Part shown: in pieces, positions 40,201-64,000 of the stretch
How the letters are laid out: the number at the start of each line of letters is the position of its first letter
Numbering within the stretch: position 1 is the first letter of the stretch
Assembly (NCBI GenBank): GCA_964035545.1
Contig: OZ037765.1
Span: 31,619,504-31,683,503 of the forward strand
Direction: 5' to 3'
DNA length: 64,000 nt
Source of the DNA: Bugula neritina
Lineage: Eukaryota > Animalia > Bryozoa
Notes under the pieces: generated by a model
Told to the model about the DNA's origin: nothing
Database searches by the model: none
Seen by the model: only the letters and a program-made list of their open reading frames with translations
Made by a program: the position numbers and the translations under genes

Positions 40201-42070
40201 CTGACCTTTCCTTAACATTTTAACATCTATTTTTTAATTATAAAGTGTGGTGTGTGTATTATGTGACCAGTGTGTACACCTTGTGTATATGTGAATGAAG
40301 CTTAGCGTACATAAATTATACTATTTGTAGGCACAGTTTTCTAAACTGACTGAGAAATTGTCTTCTCTTGGACCAAAGAAATTGGAATATGTGTGCAGAG
40401 AGCGCAAGAAACCAAAAGTGCTCCGTCTTTATGAGCCCAGCATTGAGGAGAAGTAAGTCTCTGCCCTGTTTATCTACACCACTGTTTATCTACACCCCTG
40501 TTTATCTACACCCCTGTTTATCTACACCCCTGTTTATTTACACCCCTGTTTATCTCCACCACTGTTTATCTCCACCACTGTTTATCTACACCCCTGTTTA
40601 TCTACACCACTGTTTATCTACACCCCTGTTTATCTACACCCCTGTTTATCTCCACCACTGTTTATCTCCACCACTGTTTATCTCCACCACTGTTTATCTC
40701 CACCCCTGTTTATCTACACCCCTGTTTATCTACACCCCTGTTTATCTCCACCACTGTTTATCTCCACCCCTGTTTACTTGACCACTGTTTTTGATGTCAT
40801 ATTATTTATGATGTCATATTTTTTATATTATCTCATTTATGTTATGTTAATTATGATGCCATATTATTTATTTATGTTGTCCTTTTATTAATGATGTTAT
40901 ATTATTTATGGAGACATATTTTTTATGTCATACTATTAATTATGTCATATTATTAGTGTTTGTATACGAGTAAGAGTTGTTTCCCCTGCTATGCTTCAGC
41001 TTTGAAGTTGGAAAGAAGAAGACAGCAGACAAAGCAGTAGCCGAGAAGCAGAAGTTAAAGTATCAGTACAAGAAGGAGCTGAAGTCAACTCTGAGAGAGT
41101 TGAGGAAGGACAGACAGTTTATAGCAGAGCAGACCATCAAGGATAGAATGAAACGGTGAGGAATGGCTCTACTAGCTACTAATTGTTTAACATCCACTCC
41201 TTTACAGCAAGCTTACATAATAGTCATTAGGCATTCACTGCTTTTCTACAATACAACTTTCTGTCAGGTTAATTAACCTACTTTTCTGTTCATATAATAT
41301 GGTTGGCATTATGAACCTGTACTAAATTGGCAACTTTCCAGAATTATCTTCTTTATACACATGTGCTGCTTCACTTTACAAAACTTAGCTCCATCAGCCC
41401 AAGGGAGGTTCTGCTCTTTAGGGCGTTCACCTTGTCATTTCAGCCAATCAAATTCTTTAGTCCAAAGCAGTTTTTGTGAAGGCAGTAACTGGCATTTTGA
41501 GCTAAGTGTTAGAGTACCAACCATCTAAGTTCTAAATCATATACTTTAAACCCCTAATCTAGAATTCACCACATGTTGGCAATAATTGAAACAAAACTGA
41601 CTAGTAGTTGAGCCTCATTTTAAATTAACACTTTCTTTCACAAAGTTGTACTTTTTATGAAATTAACAGATTTTAATGCTGCAGTTAAAGTAAGCTTTGT
41701 TGAAATTAGATTTCACACAGTAGCAGTACAGATGGCTGGCTGTTGTAATTATCTCTCACAAAGCACTGAGGGTGTAAATTGCTTTACCAACTTTTAGTAG
41801 ATATACTGTCAGTAGATATACTGTTAGTAGATATACTGTTAGTAGTTATACTGTTAGTAGATATACTGTTAGTAGTTATACTGTCAGTAGTTATACTGTT
41901 AGTATATATACTGTTAGTAGATATACTGTCAGTTGATATACTGTTTGCTGTTTTGTTGTAGGGATGCTGAGAGACAAGCTAAAACTAACCAAATCCTCGC
42001 TGACTTACAAGGCCAGCAGCATGACTCGAACATGTTTAAGAAAATGAATCAAAAAGTGAAGAGAAAATGA
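28206..42070 (+). CDS. NOP14: Nucleolar protein 14 (SSU processome component), complete, 19 exons
   Basis: Exons 28206-28418, 28666-28800, 29045-29204, 29684-29805, 30216-30317, 30516-30662, 31356-31432, 31618-31727, 33903-33996, 34362-34486, 34710-34840, 35327-35551, 35897-36061, 36540-36639, 37124-37190, 37984-38212, 40331-40452, 41000-41156, 41962-42070 (TGA). Motifs: NPFEIKVNRQKHKVIG, GIPGISRSKA, ELTHKGESL, HFGGG, IAKSK, SADDLDD, IPYTF, IYPTSDFKHEVVTP, KKELKSTLRELRKDRQFIA. Confidence 0.93.
31745..32678. repeat. Long minisatellite of mixed 29 bp and 21 bp units (gtatagtagtatagtgtatattacacaca)
   Basis: About 930 bp, from ~18 bp after the donor at 31727 to the TSD of the hAT element. Confidence 0.95.
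32681..33841. mobile_element. Non-autonomous hAT DNA transposon (MITE) with 8-bp TSD
   Basis: TIR CAGGGTTGGGGT...ACCCCAACCCTG; identical GTATAGAC at 32673-32680 and 33842-33849 (nnnTAnnn pattern of Buster-type hAT elements); subterminal AATTAC hexamer arrays at both ends. Confidence 0.88.
32942..33580. mobile_element. Second MITE with ~210 bp imperfect TIRs nested in the hAT element
   Basis: gtcattccatacca...gtctcagattttg...cctgacacaaa...ttttgaggaaaat...cttttagac (32942-33157) is mirrored by gtctaaaag...attttcctcaaaa...tttgtgtcagg...caaaatctgagac...tggcatggaatgac (33373-33580); (t)actat on both flanks. Confidence 0.8.
34474..34557. repeat. Donor-spanning triplication, 30 bp unit (tatacattcagtg|gtaggttcagtRttcag)
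   Basis: Donors after 34486, 34516 and 34546. Confidence 0.93.
34600..34690. repeat. Minisatellite, 21 bp unit (tactgtagtgtacacagctgt)
   Basis: About 4 copies ending ~20 bp before the acceptor at 34710. Confidence 0.8.
36840..37012 (-). mobile_element. tRNA-derived SINE, copy 1
   Basis: Minus strand reads gggagcagctgTGGTCTAGGGGttag (A box)...GGTTTGAACCC (B box)...ggtcattggtaatgttaggaagagcatccagtcataa; similar to the copy at 37278-37458. Confidence 0.65.
37278..37458 (-). mobile_element. tRNA-derived SINE, copy 2 (more decayed)
   Basis: Shares attatgactgg-tgctct-ctaacat-accaatg, ttcaaacc, gtgtttactaag and accacggctgct blocks with copy 1. Confidence 0.6.
38362..40095 (-). mobile_element. Decayed non-autonomous LTR-like element in a NOP14 intron
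   Basis: Direct repeat atcagctYtattgagcacatgcagaatat..tgttgaatggta at ~38379 and ~39933; minus-strand AATAAA (left copy) and TATAAATA (right copy); PBS-like TGGTGGCAGTGG on the minus strand at 39905-39916, next to the right repeat. No clear TSD, no gag/pol. Confidence 0.5.
38910..39520 (+). pseudogene. Disrupted, intronless RING/B-box/coiled-coil (TRIM-like) relic
   Basis: Translation across stops and frameshifts: GCRNVRELRLLPCQHTRCASSL...L/FCEYSGQSFPV (RING-like), RLICSADAEKNYMHKNCDI (B-box-like), QLKQAELVADIQIRVSHL (coiled-coil-like). Confidence 0.4.
40463..40790. repeat. Minisatellite, 16 bp unit (ctgtttatctacaccc / ctgtttatctccacca)
   Basis: About 20 copies starting ~10 bp after the donor at 40452. 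Confidence 0.93.
41797..41945. repeat. Minisatellite, 15 bp unit (ctgttagtagatata)
   Basis: About 10 copies running into the polypyrimidine tract of the last NOP14 exon. Confidence 0.92.
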
Positions 42071-42574
42071 AATAGAAATATTGTATTTGTATTTATTTTT
42101 TATTTTTATCTGTACTTCATGGATGTATTTGAATCACACCATCTGTTTTATAAAAGAATAAACTTGTTACATTATTTCTTTTTTTATCAGTATCAAGCTT
42201 GTTTATTATTTCGTAATACTTGCGCAGCTTTTCTGAGAAAGCTTTACTGCTTACACACCCCAGCAGCTGCATAGCATAGCATAGCATTGCATAGCATTGG
42301 TCAATTTTACTCACTTTAAATAATAGATAATGGCTACTTTTTAAACAGTAGCTTTAAACTAATTCTTGGTATGTGTAGCGAGGTGCTGAGTTGGCAACTA
42401 TTATTCTGAATAAATCAACTTATATTTATTGTTCTAAAATCTAAATTGGGTTTCTTCTTCTGGCAACATATTTGTCTCAACTGCTGGTGAGGTGGAGTAA
42501 ATAGCAAATACTTTCAACATGGCTACAACAAAAAAATCCTCAACCCATTCCTGCTTTTGTTAATTCGTTATCCA

Positions 42575-42840
42575 CTAAGACCGCGCAATTACTATAATAA
42601 ACCCACCTGCTCATCCTATTGGCTAGTGCACTGCATGCACGCCATGCCCTGGATGGCGTGGTATTGCTGCGAGAATCGACAATAATGTTATTGTGATTAT
42701 TATACTAGAATGATGCAATCCCTGTGGGCGCGCCAGCTAGAGCTTATTTGATTGGCTCATGTTGTATGCGCGATAGAACAGCGCATGTGCTTTATATTAA
42801 TCCACGAGCGGTGACCTGGAGTGCATAAGATGGAAAGATA
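42575..42840 (+). promoter_or_regulatory. Probable GLDC promoter
   Basis: Locally GC/CpG-richer; inverted CCAAT boxes (attgg at ~42618 and ~42751); NRF1-like gcgcatgtgc at 42781; directly upstream of ATG 42869. Confidence 0.45.
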
Positions 42841-42868
42841 GCCGAGAAGTAACTTGACCAAGGGAAAA

Positions 42869-56348
<13,480 letters not shown>

Positions 56349-56736
56349 AAGTGACAAAATAAACAATATTGTAACATAACCATCATTTGCTTGTTCCTAT
56401 CATTATAATTATACAGTTTACTGAAATGCTGCGGTGCATTGTAAGTGACTCATACTTCTTGCATTCATTTACAATTTACAAATAGGACATGCTTTACAAA
56501 ATACATGTCATTGTTATATTTTTTTATCTTGGTTTTTATCAACCTTTTTATTTTACACTGTGCCAGATCTTACCTATATATATGCAATATTTTTATTACC
56601 AGTAGACATTTATTTGTATAATACAGTCCTTGTCACATGATTTATGTCTAATTTTTCAGTCCAGTGTTCCTCATGCATTTATAATAACATTGGATTTTTA
56701 TACGTTATGTATATGAGGTTGTATTGCGTTAGAACC

Positions 56737-56770
56737 AATAAAAATATTTTATACTTGCTTCAGTTTTATT
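56737..56770. terminator. Facing polyadenylation signals for convergent GLDC (+) and MBOAT (-)
   Basis: AATAAA at 56737-56742 (+) and TTTATT at 56765-56770 (AATAAA on the minus strand). Confidence 0.4.
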
Positions 56771-57015
56771 GATAATTATCTGATACATTTTCAAAATTTG
56801 GACAGTAAGAAAACAGGGTGAGGTTATGCTAGCAAATATGACACGTGAATGGTTACATGCAAATATATTAAAAAGGTTAGTTTGTTTGCTTATGCAAGGG
56901 AGATTCATGTGTGATCTAAGTAAGAACTTCTATTTATAGATTACTTCTGTAGTTTAAGTGAATTTTTTTTATTTAAATGAGAACCTGTATTCATAGGTAA
57001 AAAGTAGGTGTCTGT

Positions 57016-60000
57016 TTACTCCCTGTGTGGTCTAAGTAGAAAACTAGAGTCCGTAGAATCCGTATTGGTACTGGGGTTTGTCTTGGGAAGAATCGTCATC
57101 AGAATGAAACACAGTATGTGAGGATACCAGTAGAATCCACTGAAACCAATATATTTAGATGCCAACAGTCTTTTAACTACTCAAAAGTAGCAAGACTGGT
57201 TAAATATATGTCACTTTCATAGCTTGTTATGATGTGGAAACAGTTGAATAGAAAGCATTAAACGAGTATAATGAGAACTTGAGGTCTTCGCTTACCAATT
57301 ATGATTAAATCTATCAACTATGTTCAGTTAACTTTGAAGCATGCTTGCTAATACTTGAAAAACAGATCAAGAACTAGACAAGGTAAAAGTTGGTGTAAAT
57401 TGAAAATGAAGAGACTGAAGATATGAACTCACCACAGAGCCTTTTCAATCATATGGAATTGAGGATTGCTGAAGGAAATGCCACTAAAACTGATAAGAAT
57501 GGTAGTGCCGAGCCACGTGATGAGCGAGTAGAATACCGAAAAGCATTTCGTCTCTTGAAACTTTGGACTAACAACTTTGTGTAGCTGTATAAGTTAATAG
57601 CACAGAGACCTTACCAAATTCAAGTCTAATTGATGGTTGATAGCATAGTTACAAAGTCTTTCACCAAATTAAAAACCTTTCAAATGACAGCTTTTCTGAT
57701 AAAGTAATCATATTTTGGTTTTTCAATAAGAAAAAACATTAGGTGAAGTTAAAACCTAATCAACTGCAAGTCAAAGAGCATCTCTTCTGCTAAATTTCAA
57801 CACAATAAGATCTTAATTCAGGCACAAGGTGGCAAAAAGTTGCAAAGATAGTTTTCTACTGCATGATATATGCTATTTATCATCAGCATGAATATAAACA
57901 TAAATGCTATTCAATACATTTGCATAAAGTTCAGTCAACTATCCTATTACTTACTCTCCTCCCAATGAATGCGTGCAGGATGAGTGGCAGGAAGGAGACT
58001 ATGTAACCAGGCAAGAAGCCGTGCCACAGAGCGCTGAGAAAGAAAGTGACTGGCAGACCAAACTTGCCCAGTCTCTCATAGCAGGTGTATCGTAACCACT
58101 TGGCCGCAAATATGTTCCAGTTGTCCAGAAACATCTTCAGGCTCGTGGCAAGCTGCGCAACAACATGAATGAAATCCAATAAGGACTCGTTAAAGCCACC
58201 AAAAATTAATTTAAAAAATGGCAACTAATGCAAATATTAGTGAGAAGATACAATATTTTGCTGTTTATGAGAATTGCATTCTCCATATTATATTTAGTTA
58301 GCATTAAACTACAACATTTACTTTCTAGTCTTGATATTAATGAAATTGTAACTTGAAAATTTAGTAAGCATATTATTAGTATATTAATTTTTGTAGTTGT
58401 CTTCAATTCCGCAAAGTTTAAAAGATCTATAACTATTTTGCAGTTAGACTTATTTTACTTTCATTTTATAATCGACGCAAAGTAAAGATGAAAACATCAC
58501 TGCTGCAAATGACAAAAGCAGCAAAACACTTGGCTTATATTGATACACTGATTTCAGCAGCATTGTTATATTGATACTACATTGATACTTTATTTATACT
58601 ATATTGATATTATTTTGATATTATATTGATACTGTATTGATATTATATTGGTACTATAATGACATCATATTGGTACTATATTGATACCTATCATATTGGT
58701 ACTATATTGACATCATATTGACACTATAATGACATCATATTGACACTATATTGATACACTGAGTTCTGATACACTGACCTCTATCTTGACTGGGTTCACG
58801 GTAGCAGTAGACAACTCTCCAGATTCCTGACCAGCATCATATCCAGCAAACAGGCACATTGACTGAGCTAAAACCGGCATTGTGATACCACAAAATGCAA
58901 CATAACAACATAAATAATAAGTAAATAACTGAAGTTGCAGTAGTAGAATTGTAGGTTTGAATATACTACATAAAACTTTTTGATGTCATTGAAAATAGTT
59001 TAATTTAAAAAGGTATTATACAAATAAGAATGCACTGCTTGATTGTATGAAAAAATATTTTTTTCAAAAGTTACAAGATTGTCATAATACATTTACACCG
59101 AAAACTATTCTCTAAAAACATTAATTATTGAACTTTCATCATAACGTGAAAATTGAGAAGTCGTTCCCTCAACACACTTACAAGTTAGCCAGACAAAGTA
59201 ATATCTGCATTTGAAAACACACGCTGTCATGAACATGATCCAGTGCCTGTAGAGAAGTCCACTGGCTGTTACTGTATCATCTACAAACGTCACAGGTCAC
59301 TATACTGCTTTATTTCATCAGCATTCTAAATTCTTATATATATAATTTAAAGTAAAACTCACCAGTAATGGAAAAAGATAAATGATTTTATCATTGCCTG
59401 TAAATTTTAAAATCAATTCTTGGCAGTGAAAATTTCTTTGAGTCTGCTGATGTAGTAAAGGTCTATAAACAGGCTACGGACTTTACTTAGGGCTGCTTTA
59501 ACTCATTTCTCTTACCAGGCAAAGCAAAATACAACTGCATGTGATTAAATGCCCTTCCTGATATAATCAACTATACTTGAAAAGGGGGGGGGGGAGGGGG
59601 GTGAACCACCGGCTAAGTGCTGATAACTCCTAGATTACAGCTACTGCTCCCATTCAAACCAATAATAGTTTAGTATATAGTATAGCTGAGGTTCTCTCAC
59701 CATAGTTTAGACTGGGGGGATACAAAGGCTGCATGTAAACCACAACCATAACTGCGGCTAACCCTTGGAGCAGTCTAACAAATGCCTGTCATAAACAGAA
59801 AACTATTTTATAATAAAAAAAAATTGTGTGCAAGATATACACACAGCACAAAATACTATTTTATAGCAATCTTAACCTTTTTACATTAAATGATATAAAC
59901 AAGGCACAGACAGTGAAGTGCTAGAAAATTGAAGTTAAAAATATTTCCGAATAACTCACTCTTGATTGTTGCAAAGATATTGTTAACTTTACCTAATAGT

Positions 60001-62574
60001 ACGTAATACTGCAAGTTACAGCAGAGCGTGTTTGTATTTGCGTAGTTTTGAGTTTTAACATTGAGCTATCATGCATTATTAGATTATTATGACTTATAAA
60101 ATAAGTTCTATTGTTATAATTTATAGAACAGACTCAATAAATAAAACTAGAATTTTACAATTATGCTAAAGTTATAGAATTATGTAAACCACCTAACACT
60201 AATGTTATTAATATGATGTAACAAGTATACTTTCTCACCAATCAATTGACAAGTATTAATTTGATTAGATAACTTGAACACGAGAAGACAACTTCAAAAT
60301 CTAGCAAAATACTTTTTTCGAATCTTGTTACAGCTTGAACTTACCAGTTTATAATCAATTTGCTGAGTGGGTTGTTTGTTGACAAATTTCTGATGGTCAG
60401 AGTAAAACACTACGGGGCCAAAGAGAATCCCCCCAAAGGAGAAATAGTAGTTGAAATGTTCTCTGAGGCTAACTTTGGCTCTATAAACAGCAATTTAGTG
60501 ATCACAGTGCTGATAGAGATAGTTTATATTAATAGTTTAACTTTTAAAAACAACTTGAAGCAGAGTTAAAATAACATACTTAAAAATCCAATAAATCGTT
60601 TTTATTTTTCAAAGTATTGTCAATAAATTAATTTCTACAGCATTAATTCAAATATAAAATTGTTCAAATATAAAATGAAAGCACAAAGAAAAGCTGTTGG
60701 GTTACTGACACACAAAGCCAGAAACTGCAGAAACTCATTATGTACCACAGAACCTTCTAGATTCAGACTATAAATAAGTGACTCATGGACAACAACCCTG
60801 TTGTCTGCTGTGGGGTCACTACAATCACATGAGTAGACAACTCAAAAGAACACCATGAAATACTTGCACCTACCTCACTGCGTGCTTCTTTTGTAAAGGA
60901 GTTAAATCCTCCTCATTCTTCAGAGAGTCTGTGATGGCGAAGGCGAGAGAGGAAACTCTCATTGTGCCTAACATTAAAGTCCTGAAACAACAACAGGCAT
61001 AGTAATGACATGTTCTACCCCATGTCTGAATTATCATTTAATATAGTGAGTCATTTGAATGAAATCCCAATTAATATGGGCGAAAATCTAATTCATTCGA
61101 ATCAAATGGCTATTCATATTCATTTGATGCATAGAAATATGGTAAAAGAGAAAGGTTTTGCTAAAATCATTGTAGCGAAGTTTAACCAAGTAAATTATTT
61201 ACGATTTTATAAGAAGAATTACAATAATTAAGAAAATATATGCATAGGCCTTGTATAATGCTAATATTTTTCATTTAATAACTTGCTGATGAGAACTTCT
61301 AATAAAATGTCTAGCAGCAACTAAGTGCGGACGTACCCCGTGTAGTCCAGGTGATACTCTCCATAGTAGTAGAAGTATTTATAGATGTTAGCTAAGAGAA
61401 CTTGACTGTATATAACTGTGAATGTTACTCTGAAATATATGTTTATAGCATGGCTTGAAACAACATAAAAACAATATCAATGGTTTAAAAACATCAAAAG
61501 TTTTAAAACTAACGATTTAAATCTGTGCTTATTGAAAATACTTATAAATTAAAATGATGAAATGTGATATGCTTGCTATGAAAAAAATATGTTCATTACT
61601 TGCGTTATCTCAGTTTGTAGGGGCAAGAGAAAACAACTCTAAAGAGCATATATAAACTTACACTCCAATGTATTTCCGTGCAACAATCTTCATTATAAGG
61701 TATGAAAGAAACCATTGCAGCAGTAAATGAAAAAAGTCCCTAAGGCAAACAAATAAAAGTTTAAAACAACTAATATTTCGTGTAATGATTTGAAATCCTA
61801 GTTTAATTTAACAACAATATACCAATATATTATTTTAGAAAAATAGAATAATTAGATTAGGTCAATATTTTGACATTTTAACCTCAACACAGAACATTGA
61901 TGCTGAACATAGTGAAAAGTGTGAAGTTGCATAATAACTTACGTGTGGTAAACATTGCTTACCATTGGAAAGATAGCACAAGGGTGATAACTCCTAGAAG
62001 TGAACTGATATTGTCTCGGTTAAACCACGAGTTAGAAGAGTGGAACCGACCAAACAGTATGGCCGCTGGGAAACTGAGGAAATGGCATGATAACACAATC
62101 ACCTGAAAATGAATTTTAAATAACTTTACTTAATTCTGGAAATTAAAAGCGTAAAGGCATAAAATCATAATAAGTGCTACAAGGAATTTGGTCATTATCT
62201 AGGACTATTTACTACTTGCATTGCACTAAAATTCTGAACACTATAACAATATTTTTGCAATAAAACACCATTGTCTATATTCGTGCGCATTTCGTTTGTA
62301 TGTATGGACAACACCTTTGTTTCCCTGCTGGTTTAAAATTCTAACATTTATAAAAAAACTGAATACATATTTGCTAAAAATCTTCAATTCATTATACTTT
62401 ATAGCACTCCATTATGATAAGGTACTCTAAATAAACTGACGGTGACAGCAAGCAAAGATATTGAGAAATGAAAATGTACAGTAATAGATGTAAGTGTCAA
62501 TATAAATGACTTACTGAAGCAGGTGGTAAGTTAAGCATCTGTCCAAGAGCATCAATTATAAAAGGATACTCCAT
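57016..62574 (-). CDS. Membrane-bound O-acyltransferase (MBOAT1/2-like lysophospholipid acyltransferase), about 12 exons
   Basis: Minus-strand exons (approximate): 62574-62515 (MEYPFIIDALGQMLNLPPAS), 62102-61963, 61739-61662, 61428-61337 (LDYTG), 60981-60874 (TLMLGTMRVSSLAF), 60480-60345 (FGP), 59786-59701, 59280-59181 (KCRYYFVW), 58867-58779, 58152-57954 (DNWNIFAAKWLRYTCYER; catalytic SALWHGFLPGY), 57584-57433, 57139-57016 (TAA). Confidence 0.85.
58540..58775. repeat. Degenerate ~11-12 bp tandem repeat (atattgatact)
   Basis: Starts immediately after the minus-strand MBOAT donor at ~58779. Confidence 0.75.
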
Positions 62575-63307
62575 TTTAACCTTTATTCAACCTTGCCAGA
62601 TGCGATAAAGCTGCCTGCAGATTATTGCTTAAAAAACAACTAGACACTGAGATATGCAGAATTCTTGAATTATCTTTTCCAAAAAGTGGAAAATTTCAAT
62701 ATATGCTTTCATGATCAAAAAAAGAAAAATATACATACAGCAAAAGATCCTCGATAGACAATCCTCCAACAAAGTAAGCTAAATTTTACTGAAAATTTTG
62801 ACTGCATCATGAAATGTTCGACTTAATATTGCTTTCTCAATAATATGTACTCTTCAATAATGTATGTAAACGTTCTATACAACACTCACATTGTTTGCAC
62901 AGTGTCCAACAGAAAGATTAGCTTCAAGTCATTATGGGTAGTAATTCCATCAAGTTGTTGTGAGAATTTGAAAAAAATCATCTTGAAACCAAGAACCATG
63001 AGTCACAACAATTTAGATAGTTAATAGTCAACAACTAAAAATGCAAATAGACAGACATGCAGAAGCCACGACTATCTTCACAGATAAACAGTTGGAAAAA
63101 ATATAGATTAGAGAAATTTTATTTTTAACTTAATGAGAAAAAAATACTTGAAATTTGCACCCATTAATCATGAAGCTAATAACAGAAACGAAAAAATTAC
63201 AAACAATACGATTGCTGTATTAGCCTATAAAAAACTTCCGTAACATTTTTCATACCATACTAAAATTACTTGTTTAAAATGAAGCAGGCACCATACAGTA
63301 CCTAATG

Positions 63308-63396
63308 GCACCTTCTAGCACCTGCCACACTTTCTAGCACCTGCTGAAACTTTCTAGCACCTGCTGACACTTTCTAGCACCTGCTGACACTTTCTA
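63308..63396. repeat. Minisatellite, 20 bp unit (ctttctagcacctgctgaca)
   Basis: About 4.5 copies upstream of the MBOAT start codon. Confidence 0.85.
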
Positions 63397-64000
63397 ACGC
63401 TAACTCAACAATGCAAAACTCACTTACTTCTCACACCAGCTTTAAAAGGAAAGAATGACTAGCAAATTTAACAAATGATATAAGAAAAAATTTCATTCCA
63501 AACTGCTCAACAATCAAAATTTAGGTTCAGCTAAAGGTAAGCTTTCTATAAAACAAAAATACTAGAATTTTCTTGATTCAATAAACTTAAATCATGTAAC
63601 TAAAACTCAACTGGTGAGTCTGAAAACGCAACACTGACCAATTAAGAATATCGGCTTCTTCTATAATTGAATAAATTATAAAATTTATGGGCTTACGAAA
63701 ACTGAACAGTAATATATAATAAAATAGCTGTGAAAATTATACAAAACTCACGATTTACTGAATACTTGTAGTTCCATATAAAAATACAAAATCATCAGCT
63801 ACTATATTTTGACTGGCAACAAATGTTAGCTATAAACAGAGATATTTTCAAAAATGTGACTAATTCTTTTTATGACGAGTTCCTTTCTTTACCGACTCCT
63901 GAAACAAAAAGTAAAAGATATCAAACTAAAAAAAATACAAACATAATTTAATAATTTAAAGGTATTTAGCAACAAAACACTTGTACAATTAGAAAGCGTA

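Noticed and set aside
40463-40781. Repetitive tail of the 137-aa ORF; likewise ORFs at 9883-10228, 27174-27395 and 41779-41961
   Set aside because: Read-through into tandem or low-complexity repeats, with no domain signal.
28419-41961. Intronic snoRNAs in NOP14
   Set aside because: No convincing C/D or H/ACA box pair with terminal stem found by eye; a covariance-model search would be needed.

Overview
AT-rich, intron-dense animal (invertebrate-like) nuclear DNA carrying four multi-exon genes. I reconstructed the exons by hand from GT-AG sites and reading-frame continuity. The genes are: the 3' ~48 exons of a ZZEF1-like gene (+, to 25203), NOP14 (+, 28206-42070), glycine decarboxylase P-protein GLDC (+, 42869-56348) and a convergent MBOAT1/2-like lysophospholipid acyltransferase (-, 62574-57016). 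Introns contain a TTAA-flanked MITE, a hAT MITE with a second MITE nested inside it, two tRNA-derived SINE copies, and a decayed LTR-like element carrying a RING/B-box/coiled-coil (TRIM-like) relic. Two observations stand out. (1) More than 20 mutually unrelated minisatellites sit at or across exon-intron junctions of ZZEF1/NOP14. Several multiply the splice donor itself (up to 13 copies), and three create stop-free in-frame alternative donors. Such arrays are nearly absent from GLDC. (2) GLDC has a mitochondrial-type N-terminus but a truncated C-terminus ending in the PTS1-like tripeptide CKL, plus substitutions in normally conserved motifs. Gene identities rest on recalled motifs, not database searches.
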